The notes below the pieces were generated by a model. It searched no databases, was not told the DNA's origin, and saw only the letters and a list, made by a program, of their open reading frames with translations. 64,000 nt of DNA from positions 160,001-224,000 of the IMG/VR virus record IMGVR_UViG_3300028886_000036; one strand, given 5' to 3'. Position numbers and translations under genes: made by a program. Each line of letters opens with the position of its first letter. The first letter of the stretch is position 1. Below are positions 19,193-30,400 of this stretch, piece by piece. The DNA is from a virus (taxonomy: Duplodnaviria > Caudoviricetes).

Positions 19193-20176
19193 CTAACTCT
19201 GATGCTTATATTCTGTAAAATAGTTTCTAATAGTATCAAGCATTTTACTTCTGTCATACGATGGAATATTCGCTATAGATGCCGCTTTGGCATGGCCTCC
19301 GCCTCCGTACTGTTCACTAAACTTACTTAAATCAATATCATCATAAGTAGTTCTAAGTGAAAATACTGTCCCCCCATCTTTTTCGTTAGTTAGAACATAG
19401 CACACATTTTTAATTTCTGGGTGCTGTTCCTCTAAAAACCAAGATATCTCAAACATAGGAATATTCTCTTCTGACACTAACATCACAAATGCAGTGTCAC
19501 CTACATATGAGATACATCGGTCAATAGCGTAGTTAAGTTTACTTTGAACTAATTTATTATAAGTATTTAAAGACGCATCACACCACACTGGTAAATAATC
19601 ATTTCTAATTGGATCATTCACACAGTAGTTAGTTATTTTGGAAAGTCTATCATTGAACTTAATGTATTTGTTTCTGGGATCTTGAAATACTATACAGTCA
19701 TATACTCTTTGAAGATCCCTAGCAATTGGAGACTTCTCAAAGTGCCAGGTGTCGTAAGCACTAACCGCTTCAACAAAATCTGCATATTGAACTAACTTGG
19801 GACATTCGTCTTTAAACAATTCATAGAATATTTTTGTAGCAGATATTTCCTCATTGATATGTTTTTCTACTTTATCGTTGTATGTAGTAGCATCCCTAGA
19901 GGTAATGTGATGATCTATCAGCTTTACGTGCATATCACCAACAGAATCTTTTATTTCGCTCCAGATCAAATCAGATAAAGATATATCTGCCAAATACAAC
20001 CATTCAGCATTTTTTATACAACTTAACGCTTTATTAACTGTATCTGAAATATAATACTTACCTCTATTGTACGAAGCATAATGAATCCACTGGAACTTCA
20101 ATAGCTTGCCTATTACTGCACAACCTATTCCATCCAAGTCATTATGCGTAACTAAGATGTTATTATTATAATACAA
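19193..20176 (-). CDS. DHH/DHHA1 family phosphoesterase
   Basis: THNDLDG, LADIS, IDHH, and C-terminal GGGGHAKAA. Confidence 0.9.
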   Translation of the reverse strand: MYYNNNILVTHNDLDGIGCAVIGKLLKFQWIHYASYNRGKYYISDTVNKALSCIKNAEWLYLADISLSDLIWSEIKDSVGDMHVKLIDHHITSRDATTYNDKVEKHINEEISATKIFYELFKDECPKLVQYADFVEAVSAYDTWHFEKSPIARDLQRVYDCIVFQDPRNKYIKFNDRLSKITNYCVNDPIRNDYLPVWCDASLNTYNKLVQSKLNYAIDRCISYVGDTAFVMLVSEENIPMFEISWFLEEQHPEIKNVCYVLTNEKDGGTVFSLRTTYDDIDLSKFSEQYGGGGHAKAASIANIPSYDRSKMLDTIRNYFTEYKHQS

Positions 20177-20213
20177 ATTAACAACATCCTTTCTATACTT
20201 TAAGATATTTATT

Positions 20214-20241
20214 ATTATACACTATATGTTCTAAAAGTCAA
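20214..20241 (-). promoter_or_regulatory. sigma70-type promoter
   Basis: TTGACT-N16-TATAAT upstream of the DHH gene. Confidence 0.55.
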
Positions 20242-20247
20242 GTATAG

Positions 20248-20751
20248 TTAGACATGATAGTCATAACATTTATATACTTCATATTCAAGTTTACTTATTT
20301 TATCTCTAATCATTCTTCTATACAATCCTCTAGCAAAGTCCATCATATCATACATTCCAAAATACGATGTAAGCACTTTTGGATGATCTGGCTGAATGAT
20401 TAACTGCAAAGAATATAGATTATCTGTAAATTTATCAATAGGCTTATTCTCTTGTATAAAACTATTAATTTCTCTAATTCTACCATATAAGTATTTTACA
20501 ACACCTTTAAGTGTAAGTGTAACAACTTTAGTGTTTTTATCAAACTTAAAGTTTTCAGGGAAATAATTCCTAAGAATATCTACTGCAATATCTATACTAG
20601 TTTCATCATAGTAATCTATATCATACCTTTCACTTAAATTAATATCATCAGACTCCCAATAATTACTTACAGTATTATCAATATCATCAATACTTTCACT
20701 AGGCGATTTCAGCACAATCATTTTACTATGCATATAAAGCACTCCTTCCAA
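20248..20751 (-). CDS. hypothetical protein
   Basis: 167-aa acidic ORF downstream of the phage promoter motif. Confidence 0.75.
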   Translation of the reverse strand: MEGVLYMHSKMIVLKSPSESIDDIDNTVSNYWESDDINLSERYDIDYYDETSIDIAVDILRNYFPENFKFDKNTKVVTLTLKGVVKYLYGRIREINSFIQENKPIDKFTDNLYSLQLIIQPDHPKVLTSYFGMYDMMDFARGLYRRMIRDKISKLEYEVYKCYDYHV

Positions 20752-20779
20752 GACTATAGACTTTCCTAAACACTAATAG

Positions 20780-20793
20780 TATATATTTATAAA
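20780..20793 (-). promoter_or_regulatory. phage promoter motif TTTATAAATATATA
   Basis: Motif copy directly after the terminator hairpin at ~20795-20836. Confidence 0.6.
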
Positions 20794-20839
20794 AATCAGG
20801 ATACTAGGACAACTTAATGCTCCCAGTATCCTGATTAAA

Positions 20840-22387
20840 TTACTTTAACAGAACTACAGCTTTAACAAAGCCAGCTCTTTGTGTTGGATAAACTGATCCT
20901 ATAATGATTCCGTTAAATCCCTTATCTCTATCAAAGACGTTATCATATAAAGTAAACGCATTATCTCCTTCTGTAGATGCAATTACTTTTCTACCAATTA
21001 ACTTATGAAGATCTGCTGAAGATGTTTTTATATAACAAGTCTTTTTACCAGTTAATGCAACTAGCACTTTATTATTGGATTTTATACTTCCACAAATCAC
21101 AGCAGGATTAGTAGTGACAACTCCAATATAGCTAACTGGATCATATGCCATCGGCCTAATTAATCCATCTGAACAGATGCCTACTAAATCTCCATCAGAA
21201 TACTGAAGATCCGGATCTGATTCAAACTCTTCAGCAATATCATTTCCACCACCAGTGTTAATAGTAAATGCCAAGTTGTCATTAATGTTAAACTTATAAG
21301 TCTTATCTTCAGGAATATTGAACACTACATTGCGATCATCATCATATGTAATATCCAAATTATTAATAGTAAACTTTTCTGTGCCAAAAGTAATAGACTT
21401 ACCTGTTCTATTAGCAAGCTTTTCAATAGCAGTTGGGGCTAATGTGCAATCAATATCAACATTTTCAAAATCCTTAAATCTGGCAGTTCCTGAAATATCT
21501 CCAACTAAATTAACATTATAATCTCTAGCAAAGATATAAGTATTTTCTTCACCAGTTTCTGCATTAAATTCAGTTTTAAAATTAATACCATATGGAGAAC
21601 TGTTCTCAATTATACGGGTAAAGTTTTCTGTAAAGTTGTTTTTAGTAATCAAATCATCAAAGGTAATTTGCTTTCCTAATTCAGGAGTTTCCAAAGATTC
21701 AGCTTTAGTTGCAACTGCAGCCCTTTTAACTTCAATATCACTTAACGGAACCCATCTTGGTCTTTCATCCATACTAGTAGCAACTACTATTGATGGATAT
21801 TCAGCTACATTCTTTACAGAGATAGCACCTGGTTCAGTAGAAGTATAATTACCAACTAATTCAGCTAAATCAAATCTAAGCTTATTAGCTAAAGCTTTAC
21901 TATCAATATTAATATTAACTTGTGTAGTGCCTTTAGCAATTTCGGTATCATCTACTTTAACAAAGTCATTACTAAACTTTAACCCAAAGTATGATCCAGG
22001 TCCATTAGCTAAAATCTGATGAGAATTATTATTACTATCTTTAACTATAATCCTAGTAAATGCTTTTGGATCAATATAATACTTCTTATCAATATCACCA
22101 TCAGCATTAGTTGGTTCAGTATAAATAGCCTCATATAACCCAGGCTGTTCTGCTTCTAAAAAGGATCTCTTTTCTGTAGGAATATTAATAGTCCAAACAT
22201 TTGAAGATACTTCATTGAAGTTTTCATTCTCTACAAAGCCACAATTAGTACCTTTATAAAAGATATCAAATCGTGTGGTATACATATGCCTAGGAACAAT
22301 ATAATGACTATATTCGTCACCAAATGTAAACTCCATTTGACGAAGATATTCAACTACATCTTCTTTCTTTTTAAAAATATATGCCAA
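20840..22387 (-). CDS. tail fibre/spike protein with C-terminal intramolecular-chaperone-like domain
   Basis: C-terminal DIAEEF...GDLVGI...IGVVTTNPA...VALTG resembles peptidase-G2/IMC auto-cleavage domains. Confidence 0.6.
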   Translation of the reverse strand: MAYIFKKKEDVVEYLRQMEFTFGDEYSHYIVPRHMYTTRFDIFYKGTNCGFVENENFNEVSSNVWTINIPTEKRSFLEAEQPGLYEAIYTEPTNADGDIDKKYYIDPKAFTRIIVKDSNNNSHQILANGPGSYFGLKFSNDFVKVDDTEIAKGTTQVNINIDSKALANKLRFDLAELVGNYTSTEPGAISVKNVAEYPSIVVATSMDERPRWVPLSDIEVKRAAVATKAESLETPELGKQITFDDLITKNNFTENFTRIIENSSPYGINFKTEFNAETGEENTYIFARDYNVNLVGDISGTARFKDFENVDIDCTLAPTAIEKLANRTGKSITFGTEKFTINNLDITYDDDRNVVFNIPEDKTYKFNINDNLAFTINTGGGNDIAEEFESDPDLQYSDGDLVGICSDGLIRPMAYDPVSYIGVVTTNPAVICGSIKSNNKVLVALTGKKTCYIKTSSADLHKLIGRKVIASTEGDNAFTLYDNVFDRDKGFNGIIIGSVYPTQRAGFVKAVVLLK

Positions 22388-22403
22388 TTAAATCAATCCC
22401 TTT

Positions 22404-22925
22404 CTAAAAAGAAATCTGAATCCTGTCAAGCTCTTCAATGCTTCCAGCATTATTAATAGCAATCTGATACTGCTTTAATTGCATGTATACACTAAACTGC
22501 TTATCAAGCATAGCATGATACACCTTATCAACAGTCTCTCTACTTAGATTCATATAAACATTATCATCAACATCAACTAATACACCATTCTCTAACGAAG
22601 CATCTGTCATTCTATCCAACATAGCTCTAACCATTAACAAATCCTTTTCTGCAAATAACATCTTAATAGTAAGTTCATCATTAAGTTTTATTGGAACACT
22701 ACCACTAAGTACCTCTTCATACTTATTCTGTAATTGCTTAAGCATCTTAGCTCTAGTACCTTCAAGAGTTTCAGTTTCAATTTCTTCATCAAGAGCGACT
22801 CCTCTCGACATCAACATATCATCAGTTATAACTTTAGGAAATGAAACATTCTTAAATACTCTTCTAAATTCATTAGGGTCTGTATATGTTTGACCTTTAT
22901 ATTTATAAACTTTTATAAGAATCAC
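22404..22925 (-). CDS. tail fibre assembly/chaperone-like protein (DUF4376-like)
   Basis: Ends INNAGSIEELDRIQISF; adjacent to the fibre gene. Confidence 0.55.
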   Translation of the reverse strand: MILIKVYKYKGQTYTDPNEFRRVFKNVSFPKVITDDMLMSRGVALDEEIETETLEGTRAKMLKQLQNKYEEVLSGSVPIKLNDELTIKMLFAEKDLLMVRAMLDRMTDASLENGVLVDVDDNVYMNLSRETVDKVYHAMLDKQFSVYMQLKQYQIAINNAGSIEELDRIQISF

Positions 22926-23021
22926 CTTCTTTTAAATAAGTTTTATTATAACGTGGTTATCATAGTCCTCAATAATACTGTCGTCAACACCAGTATTAAT
23001 TGTATAAGTATATATAGTATT

Positions 23022-23963
23022 CTAAGAATTGTATACTACAGACACTTGCCCATTAGATCTAGTAATAGTATAGTTTTCAACCGCTTCAATCCTAGATGCT
23101 ATTGATGACCAATTTGAAGCTGTTTGATATGTGCTTAATAATGACTGCGGTACTAATATTTTACAAGTACTATTAAGGCTGCCACAGCTGGAATCAATCA
23201 TGTTAAAAAACGGACCATCTATTATAATATACTGTAAGCTTGTACAACTTGAAAACATATATTCCATAGCATCTGAAGCAACTACTGATTGAGATGTCCA
23301 TCCAGATAAATCAATTACTTGTAAATTATTAGATCCTTGGAATAGACTCTCCATAAATTGCACATTAGAAGTATCTAATCCAGATAAATCTATTGAAGTC
23401 AACGCCTTACACCCATAAACTAAATATCTTAAATTTATACATGCACTAGTATCAATACTATTAAGATCTACAGAAGTTAATGCCTTACAATCCTCTAATA
23501 AACCAACTAGTCTATCAGGTCTAATAGAACTTAAATAACTGACTGCTTCTTGAGGTAACTGAGTCATAGTCTGATAATCATTAGGATAGGTTTTCTTAAT
23601 GTATCTCATTGTAAAGTTAGATACTAATGGTTTAACTACGGAAAAACTACTATTAACAGTAGCATTATAAAAATCTGAATCTCCAGAATATTTGATTATA
23701 ACTTCTTTATACCCAATATCTAAATTAGATACAGTAAATATTGTAGATTCTGTAAGAGATCTTCTCTCATAATATTCATCGTCATTAATGTATATATCAA
23801 GATATCCAGTAGCTTCTGAATTTATAGAAACAGTTATAACTACATTGGATCCAAACGCTATTTCAGATCCAGATACAGATACAGATAGATTACTCTGCTT
23901 CAATGGATGAAACAAGTTTCTATACACTACTGGTATACTAAAGATTGGTCTAAATCTTTTCAT
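23022..23963 (-). CDS. Ig-like domain plus BspA-type leucine-rich repeat protein
   Basis: Ig-like YSGDSDF segment; repeats CKALTSIDLSGLDTSNV; C-terminal ILVPQSLLSTYQTASNW. Confidence 0.8.
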   Translation of the reverse strand: MKRFRPIFSIPVVYRNLFHPLKQSNLSVSVSGSEIAFGSNVVITVSINSEATGYLDIYINDDEYYERRSLTESTIFTVSNLDIGYKEVIIKYSGDSDFYNATVNSSFSVVKPLVSNFTMRYIKKTYPNDYQTMTQLPQEAVSYLSSIRPDRLVGLLEDCKALTSVDLNSIDTSACINLRYLVYGCKALTSIDLSGLDTSNVQFMESLFQGSNNLQVIDLSGWTSQSVVASDAMEYMFSSCTSLQYIIIDGPFFNMIDSSCGSLNSTCKILVPQSLLSTYQTASNWSSIASRIEAVENYTITRSNGQVSVVYNS

Positions 23964-23991
23964 TGTATTATATCACTTCCATTGAATGTAT

Positions 23992-24465
23992 CTATAAATC
24001 AAAATAAATAGTTGCGTTTGTGGCTCTAAAATTATTACTATATCCAGTTGTTGATTGTATAACAGATTTTGCATCAGCTCTAAAATGAATAGCTGTTATA
24101 GTATACGTATTACGAAACATCTGATCTAGTCCGCTACTACCAACACTAACTAACTTTGGAAATGACATACTTGTTATACTAGTGCAATTACTAAACGCGT
24201 AATATAATCCATAATCTCCTACGCTTGATAGCTTAGGAAATGATACCGCAGTAATACCTGTGCACCCACTAAAAGCGAATGATAACCCATTACTGCCAAC
24301 AGTAGTTAATTCAGGGAACGACACAGTTCCAGTTATGCCAGTACATGAATTAAAAACATTATATAAACCATAAGCATCTATTGTTTTAATATCGCTAAAT
24401 GTTAAATTATTATAGCTTGCTGTTTTTAGAATTGTATTTTCAATTTTAAAACTAGGATATAGCAT
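23992..24465 (-). CDS. leucine-rich repeat protein (LRR_5/BspA-like)
   Basis: Repeats FxxCTGITxVSFPKLxxVG. Confidence 0.8.
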   Translation of the reverse strand: MLYPSFKIENTILKTASYNNLTFSDIKTIDAYGLYNVFNSCTGITGTVSFPELTTVGSNGLSFAFSGCTGITAVSFPKLSSVGDYGLYYAFSNCTSITSMSFPKLVSVGSSGLDQMFRNTYTITAIHFRADAKSVIQSTTGYSNNFRATNATIYFDL

Positions 24466-24479
24466 TAGTCATTACCTCA

Positions 24480-25370
24480 CTACAAATCAAAGTAAATAGT
24501 AGCATTAGTTGCACCAAACTTATTACTATAACCATTAGAAGCTTCTATAACAGATCGAGAACTAGATTTAAAATGCAATGCAGTTATTTTAGTACAACCA
24601 TAAAACATATCTCCAAGCCCGTCAGAACCTACAGTAGTTAATTTAGGAAATGATATACTGCCAGTTATCCCTTTGCAATTATAAAAAGCCTGATATAACC
24701 CATCAGTATCAACACTAGTTAATTTAGGGAACGAAACACTAGTAATTCCATTATTACCACTAGTTGAACATGAAAACGCTGATTGCATCCCTGCACTGCC
24801 AATAGTAGTAAGCTCCGAAAACGGTATAGCACCAGATATATTAATACAACCACCAAATGTACTAGATAAACCATATTCAGCAATTGTTTCTAATTTAGCA
24901 AATGAAACACTAGTAATACTAGTGCATCCATAAAATGTATTATTAAGTCCAGCCTTGCCTACACTACTTAAATTTGGGAATTCTGCTGCCGTAATTCCAG
25001 TGCATCCTTCAAATCCATAGCTTAAACCATATTGACCAATAGTAACTAATTTAGGAAAAGACATGTTACCAGTTATTCCTGTACAATTATAAAACGCTTG
25101 ATATAATCCCGAGTCGTTAATAGTAGTTAATTCTGGGAAAGAAACCTTAGTTAGACCAGTGCAGTTATAAAATTTATTACGCAATCCGTTAGCACTTATT
25201 TCAGTAACATTATTAAATACTCCTTTTAATGAAAAAGTATATGTGCAAATGGCATTACCATTAGAAGTCACAAAATATCTTGTTGTTCCTATCGGTTCCC
25301 CAGTGCTATACATTAAAAGACTTTTATTAAACAGTATAATCACCTTCTTTAAACTCATAGTAGGAGTCAT
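24480..25370 (-). CDS. leucine-rich repeat protein (LRR_5/BspA-like), paralog of 23992..24465
   Basis: About 8 repeats; shared C-terminus ATNATIYFDL; true start is probably internal (MYSTGEP). Confidence 0.8.
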   Translation of the reverse strand: MTPTMSLKKVIILFNKSLLMYSTGEPIGTTRYFVTSNGNAICTYTFSLKGVFNNVTEISANGLRNKFYNCTGLTKVSFPELTTINDSGLYQAFYNCTGITGNMSFPKLVTIGQYGLSYGFEGCTGITAAEFPNLSSVGKAGLNNTFYGCTSITSVSFAKLETIAEYGLSSTFGGCINISGAIPFSELTTIGSAGMQSAFSCSTSGNNGITSVSFPKLTSVDTDGLYQAFYNCKGITGSISFPKLTTVGSDGLGDMFYGCTKITALHFKSSSRSVIEASNGYSNKFGATNATIYFDL

Positions 25371-25527
25371 CTATGTTTTTAACTAGCATTATAGACCCAT
25401 TCAAATCAATACTAGTTTCTTCATTACATTCTAATCTAAGTATCTTTAGTAATGCATCTTCTCCATAGTTTTTAAGAAAAGTTCTAGCATTACTATCTAT
25501 ATATACTCTAAAAGAAGTATCTAACAT
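25327..25527 (-). CDS. small hypothetical protein
   Basis: 66-aa ORF in the operon. Confidence 0.55.
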   Translation of the reverse strand: MLDTSFRVYIDSNARTFLKNYGEDALLKILRLECNEETSIDLNGSIMLVKNIDDSYYEFKEGDYTV

Positions 25528-25529
25528 AT

Positions 25530-25793
25530 TTATTTGTTTTGATTAAGAAGCACTTTAAAGAGTTCATCTTTAAACTCATCAAAATCTTTAATCAACTTAG
25601 ATCTTAAATTGGGATTATAGCTCTTTTTCCAATCTATACGATTCAACATCATAAAGTAATGAGCTTCTATTAAATTAAGCATATTCATCAAGTTATCAGT
25701 ATCATAACCTTCTATATCATTATTCACGGTTTCATTATGAATTGCCCCAGCTGCACAAGCTAACGTTGCACCAGCAATCACAGGTATAGTCAT
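25530..25793 (-). CDS. hypothetical protein
   Basis: 87-aa ORF in the operon. Confidence 0.65.
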   Translation of the reverse strand: MTIPVIAGATLACAAGAIHNETVNNDIEGYDTDNLMNMLNLIEAHYFMMLNRIDWKKSYNPNLRSKLIKDFDEFKDELFKVLLNQNK

Positions 25794-25795
25794 AA

Positions 25796-26275
25796 TTAAG
25801 ATACCTTCTTTCCATATTGATTATCAGAAACTAAATACACTCCTAATACTTCATCCCAATGTTTTTCTTGATTTGGCTTAAATCTACCAAACTTAAATAT
25901 AATATTACTATATTTTTTATAGTTATCTAAATCACCAATCTCATCTTCATAATAACCTGTATATATTACAAAGTCATCATTACAACCTTTATCTCTAAAA
26001 TACTCTATCAAACTAATAACTTCATCTTCTTGTAAAATTGGTTCTAATCCACCAATCACTATAGCAGAAGTAATAGGATTATTAATGTATCTCCTATATA
26101 TTTGTTCATTTGATAACTCATGCATTTTAGAGTTGTGAAGCTGGTAATTCTGACAGACTTCACGAGAAATACCAGCTTCATCACAACATTTCCAATTACA
26201 ATAGCAAGTTCCAATAAACATGGAAGGCTTCTTGTAATTGACAAAATCTTCATCTTTTAGATTTGAGATTCTCAA
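25796..26275 (-). CDS. nrdG: anaerobic ribonucleotide reductase activating protein
   Basis: Cys cluster CYCNWKCC, GGLEP, IYTGY, KFGRF...SDNQ; directly downstream of nrdD. Confidence 0.85.
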   Translation of the reverse strand: MRISNLKDEDFVNYKKPSMFIGTCYCNWKCCDEAGISREVCQNYQLHNSKMHELSNEQIYRRYINNPITSAIVIGGLEPILQEDEVISLIEYFRDKGCNDDFVIYTGYYEDEIGDLDNYKKYSNIIFKFGRFKPNQEKHWDEVLGVYLVSDNQYGKKVS

Positions 26276-29200
26276 AAGAGTTCTCCTTTTTGATCAATTT
26301 CATACCAATCTCTTAAAGCAAACTCTGCTTTACGTTCTTTAGAATAGGACTTCTCTGGAGTGAGGAATCCTACAATTCTCTGCCAAGTAGTAGCAACTGG
26401 CTCGCCACAGATTGGGCAGGTTTTACCAAAGAACGAATGATTATTTTTGCAAGTGCTAATTCTAACACAGAAAGCAAAGTAATTAACTCCTTGATCAGCA
26501 ATATAATTAAGAAGATTCCATGCTGTATCAAAATTAGTTAAAGGAGCATCCAAATTTACATGTGCTATAGAACCGCCTGAACATGCTCTATCAAGTTCTG
26601 CACTAATTCTAATCTTTTCATTAAGTGTAGTTTTTACTCCCAAAGGAATCCACTGATTCCCATACAACGGAAGCTCATAAGCTTCTTCTGGGAAGAACAT
26701 CTGATCTTTCTGCATAAGAACAGCAGCAGCTCTTTCTCCAGGGATCTGCTCTATATTAATCATATAATCTTTATCTTTAGCAAACTCTTCTTTAGTATCG
26801 GTAAGGCATTTAAGAAGATCTTTAGCAAACTGAAGTCCTTCATCAGTATAGAAGGTATTACCAAACTCATCCTGATAAGTAAACCCAAATTTTTGGACAG
26901 CTTCATAGATTCCAATAATACCGATTGTATTATACTGAGATTCCATATGAAGCGCACCACAAGTATAGTTTGGAAGTAATCCTTTTTCGATGTTTCTTTT
27001 AATAATGTGCCTAATCACATCAAGGGTTTCACAGCAAAGGATTGTCCTTTCTTTAAGTGATTTAAAGTACTCTTCTTTAGTAGAAGACTCATAGGCAATT
27101 CTTGCAAGATTGATAGTGTTAACTTTGATAGAACCAACTTCTAGAGCAGTTCCTCCGATTGAGTTAAAATACCCAATTTTTTCTACATTAGATACCAATC
27201 TACAATTATGGGTTATAACTCCATTAGGAAGAGTAAAGTATGGTTCATCTTCATTTTCCATTTCAAAGCAGTATACAAAGTCATCATCATAATCAATTTT
27301 TTCAATAGACTTAATCTTAAAGTAAATCGAATTGTTCTTCCAAACATATACATTCTTCTGTTTTCTTCTAATTGTTTCATACCATCTAATACAATAAACT
27401 GGGTAATTTCTGTTAAACTCTTCTTCTCTGATAACAACCATACCATCGCCAGTTCTATCAGAAACATCAATAATAGTATTCATACCAAGTGATGTAAAAA
27501 GAGCTTCCATTTCATAAATAAGCTTTTTCGAAGTTGAATAGATTCTATTAGAGTTACCACCATCAGTAGCGTAATACCCATCAACAATACCTTTTCTAAA
27601 CTCAATTGATTCAAACAAACAATCAAGATTAAGTTCCTTTTCATTGCAATAGTTACCAGATACATATTCTCTAATAAATTTAGCAACTTCATCATTTCTA
27701 ATTACTACAGGATATACATTGTTATAGATCTTGTTTAATGACATAATACTAACTACATCTTCTGGAAGATTATTAAGAGCTAAATTATACTTTTCTTCAT
27801 TAAGGCTTAAATTAACTGTAGTAGTATATGTATCCTTATGTTCATTATCCATAGATCCATCACCAAGATACATACCAATAAGGTATCCATCTTTATATGT
27901 ATAACCTTTATTTTGTTGCTGACCATTAAGTGCTTTAGTATTGAATTCAATATAATCTTCAGTGGTAAGTTTATCAGTACTAATATCTCCTCTAAGAGTT
28001 GGTGTAAGATGGTTATCTGTCATATATAATTCTTTATTGTTAGTAGTAACAACCTTATACATCTCTCTAGCAGGAAGTTTAATTAATTTACCATTTACCC
28101 AGTTACCATTATGGAATACTGTAAAGTTTCTTTTAGTTTCATTATATGGAGATTCAAATAATTCTTTAAAGGTCATGTAATTAACTCCATCGGAAGATTT
28201 ACTTAAACAATACTGATCTCCACTAAAACAACAATTACTTAAACTAGTAACATCTTCTGAAATATAAAAGTTACTATCATTCCATTTCATATTGTGTTTG
28301 CAGCACCATCTAGCAAAATCCTCATCTGCAAACTTACCACCAATTCGAAGAAGTGCATAAGTAAGTACTGGGAAAGTCATCATATTTCTGTCCCTAATTT
28401 TACTTACCATTCTCATAAAACTCTTCTGATACTCCATAAACTCATCTTCATAATCAATCATATAGCTTCCATCTGGAAACTGCTTATCTCCAAACAAAGC
28501 TTCAAAGTATTCACTATCAAAAATAGTAATATTTGTAACCAATATGTTCACATTAAGACGCTACTCTTAATGTCTGCCTATTTAGACAGCTCTATGTCAC
28601 CATAGAGTGCGGACTATATCACGATCTTTATTACTAAAGACCCCATGCACTTCCACTACCAATCGCTTGTAGTGTACTCCCCAAAGGGATAGTCTCTGAA
28701 CCTTGTTTACATGTGTAAACCTTGGCTGCTAATTATCTCTATTAGAGATTTTTCAGCAATTCACATGGTTTGCTTTAACTATCACTAGTTAAAGGCGCAA
28801 ACAGTTTACGCAGACTGATTAACTCTCAGGAACGGCTGATTAAGCCTAAAAATTATTTCTTGGTGAGCTTGATCTCTGTAATATTCAGGACTCTTAATAT
28901 AATATCCATTCTCACAATCTTTCTTCCAAAAATAGAACGAATATATTAAGAAATTTGGCAAACCGCAAGCTCCTGAAGATCTGTTTGACATGAAACTAAC
29001 AAACTCACCAACAAAGTCTGTAAATGTACTTAAATGCTTTGGAGGTTGAGCATTAAAGTTATTTTGTATAAAGTAAAGACCTTTCTCAGCTAAGTCTTTT
29101 AAATCATAAGCAAAACAGTACGGTAAGAAACTTGTACTGTAAGCATCATGGTTATAGAAGTGTCCATCCCATTCATTCTTTAACCAATCTTTAGCGACTT

Positions 29201-29510
29201 CTAATCCATACTTCTTTTTAAGTTCATAGAAGATCTTGTTAAAAGATTCCAGCTTCAATTCTGGCTTTCGCATCTCTGTCATAAGAGAGCAAATATCTTT
29301 AGTACTAGCATTTGCATTACCATCAATTGACGCATCAGCCGTAGTACTATTCTTATCAATAAAGTTATCAATAAACTCTGTGTTGTTTAACTGACTATTG
29401 CTTAATCCATTCAATATAGTAAGTTTATTACCATATTCTTTCTTAAGCGCTTTCAAGCATTCAACAAAATCTTCATCAAGCTTAATTGAAATATCTAAGT
29501 ATCCAGCCAT
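26272..29510 (-). CDS. nrdD: class III anaerobic ribonucleotide reductase; exon 1 28808..29510 + exon 2 26272..28538; contains an intein
   Basis: Splicing restores QSAFTNITIFD; intein removal restores SNCCRL; glycyl-radical motif RIVGF; C-terminal Zn site; mature protein ~647 aa. Confidence 0.93.
27205..28230 (-). mobile_element. intein with LAGLIDADG homing endonuclease (342 aa)
   Basis: Starts CFSGD and ends VITHN before Cys+1; block B TDNH; LAGLIDADG motifs LIGMYLGDG and IVDGYYATDG. Confidence 0.93.
28539..28807 (-). mobile_element. group I self-splicing intron (269 nt, no ORF) in nrdD
   Basis: 5' exon ends in U with P1 GCGU/GCGC (U.G pair); P GAAUUGCUG, Q UUAGCAGC, R UCAGAGACUA, S GAUAUAGUCC; terminal G; splicing restores the frame. 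Confidence 0.93.
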
Positions 29511-29518
29511 ATAATATA

Positions 29519-29728
29519 CTACTCCTCTTCTCCATAATGATTAACATATTTAACAGCTTTGCCATAAGTCAAGATAGTACCATCATCCAATTCTAAAACC
29601 GGCACTGATCTAAAACCTTTAGCTTTCATAACTTCTTTGTCTTCACAGACATTATACTCAATATTCTTATCATTAAGTTTTGATTCAAGAATTTTACATT
29701 TGGAACAACCTGTAGTATAAAGTAGCAT
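29519..29728 (-). CDS. nrdH: glutaredoxin/NrdH-like redoxin
   Basis: CSKC motif, SVPVL; adjacent to nrdD. Confidence 0.8.
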   Translation of the reverse strand: MLLYTTGCSKCKILESKLNDKNIEYNVCEDKEVMKAKGFRSVPVLELDDGTILTYGKAVKYVNHYGEEE

Positions 29729-29812
29729 AAATATAACTTCCTCCTATCTATATAAATAAAACCCTTGTTAGTACTAAAAATTATAGCACTAACAGGGGTT
29801 AATGTCAATATT

Positions 29813-30400
29813 TTACTTGATTGGGAAATCTCTCAAAAACTTCTCAACCATAGGGTCTCTCTTAATTTTATTTTCTGCAACTTCTAGTTCTTCATCGCCT
29901 TCTTTCTTTATATAAATAGGTACTTCATCAATTGCTTTATTGAATTCTTCCATCTGATCTGTAAAGGCTTTAGAGATATTGCCTCTAGCAAGTCTAGTAA
30001 GTGATGGCCCATACTTATTAGCAGCTTTTGAATAAAAAATTGGCTCACCAAAAGTTCTTGAATCTACTGAAATAGTAACAGATCTACCATACTTATCTTC
30101 ATCCATTCTATTTCTCCATCTCTTTATATAAGCAAGTAAATGAAGAATCACATCATAATCTTTAATGTTTGGTGTAATAAAGATACACTTCTTACTATTA
30201 AGCTTATCAATAAGATCCTTCTCAGCAGTAGGAATCTTAAATTTAGTATCAAATGTTTTAGAATGAAGATATGTTTTAATCTTGAATCTAGGATCACACT
30301 CTTGTCCAATATCATCGATAAGATCTCGTTCAAGACCAATTGCTTCTTCATAAGTCTTGTTATTAAGTGTAATTGAAATAATAACACTGAATTCAAACAT
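29813..30400 (-). CDS. hypothetical protein
   Basis: 195-aa ORF in the operon. Confidence 0.75.
   Translation of the reverse strand: MFEFSVIISITLNNKTYEEAIGLERDLIDDIGQECDPRFKIKTYLHSKTFDTKFKIPTAEKDLIDKLNSKKCIFITPNIKDYDVILHLLAYIKRWRNRMDEDKYGRSVTISVDSRTFGEPIFYSKAANKYGPSLTRLARGNISKAFTDQMEEFNKAIDEVPIYIKKEGDEELEVAENKIKRDPMVEKFLRDFPIK

Noticed and set aside
23992-25370. Diversity-generating retroelement TR/VR pair in the LRR paralogs
   Set aside because: Differences between the similar 3' ends are not adenine-specific and are largely synonymous; no reverse transcriptase is in the window
28806-29510. nrdD as a pseudogene or two-gene split
   Set aside because: The stop codon spans the 5' splice site of a clear group I intron; splicing restores the frame
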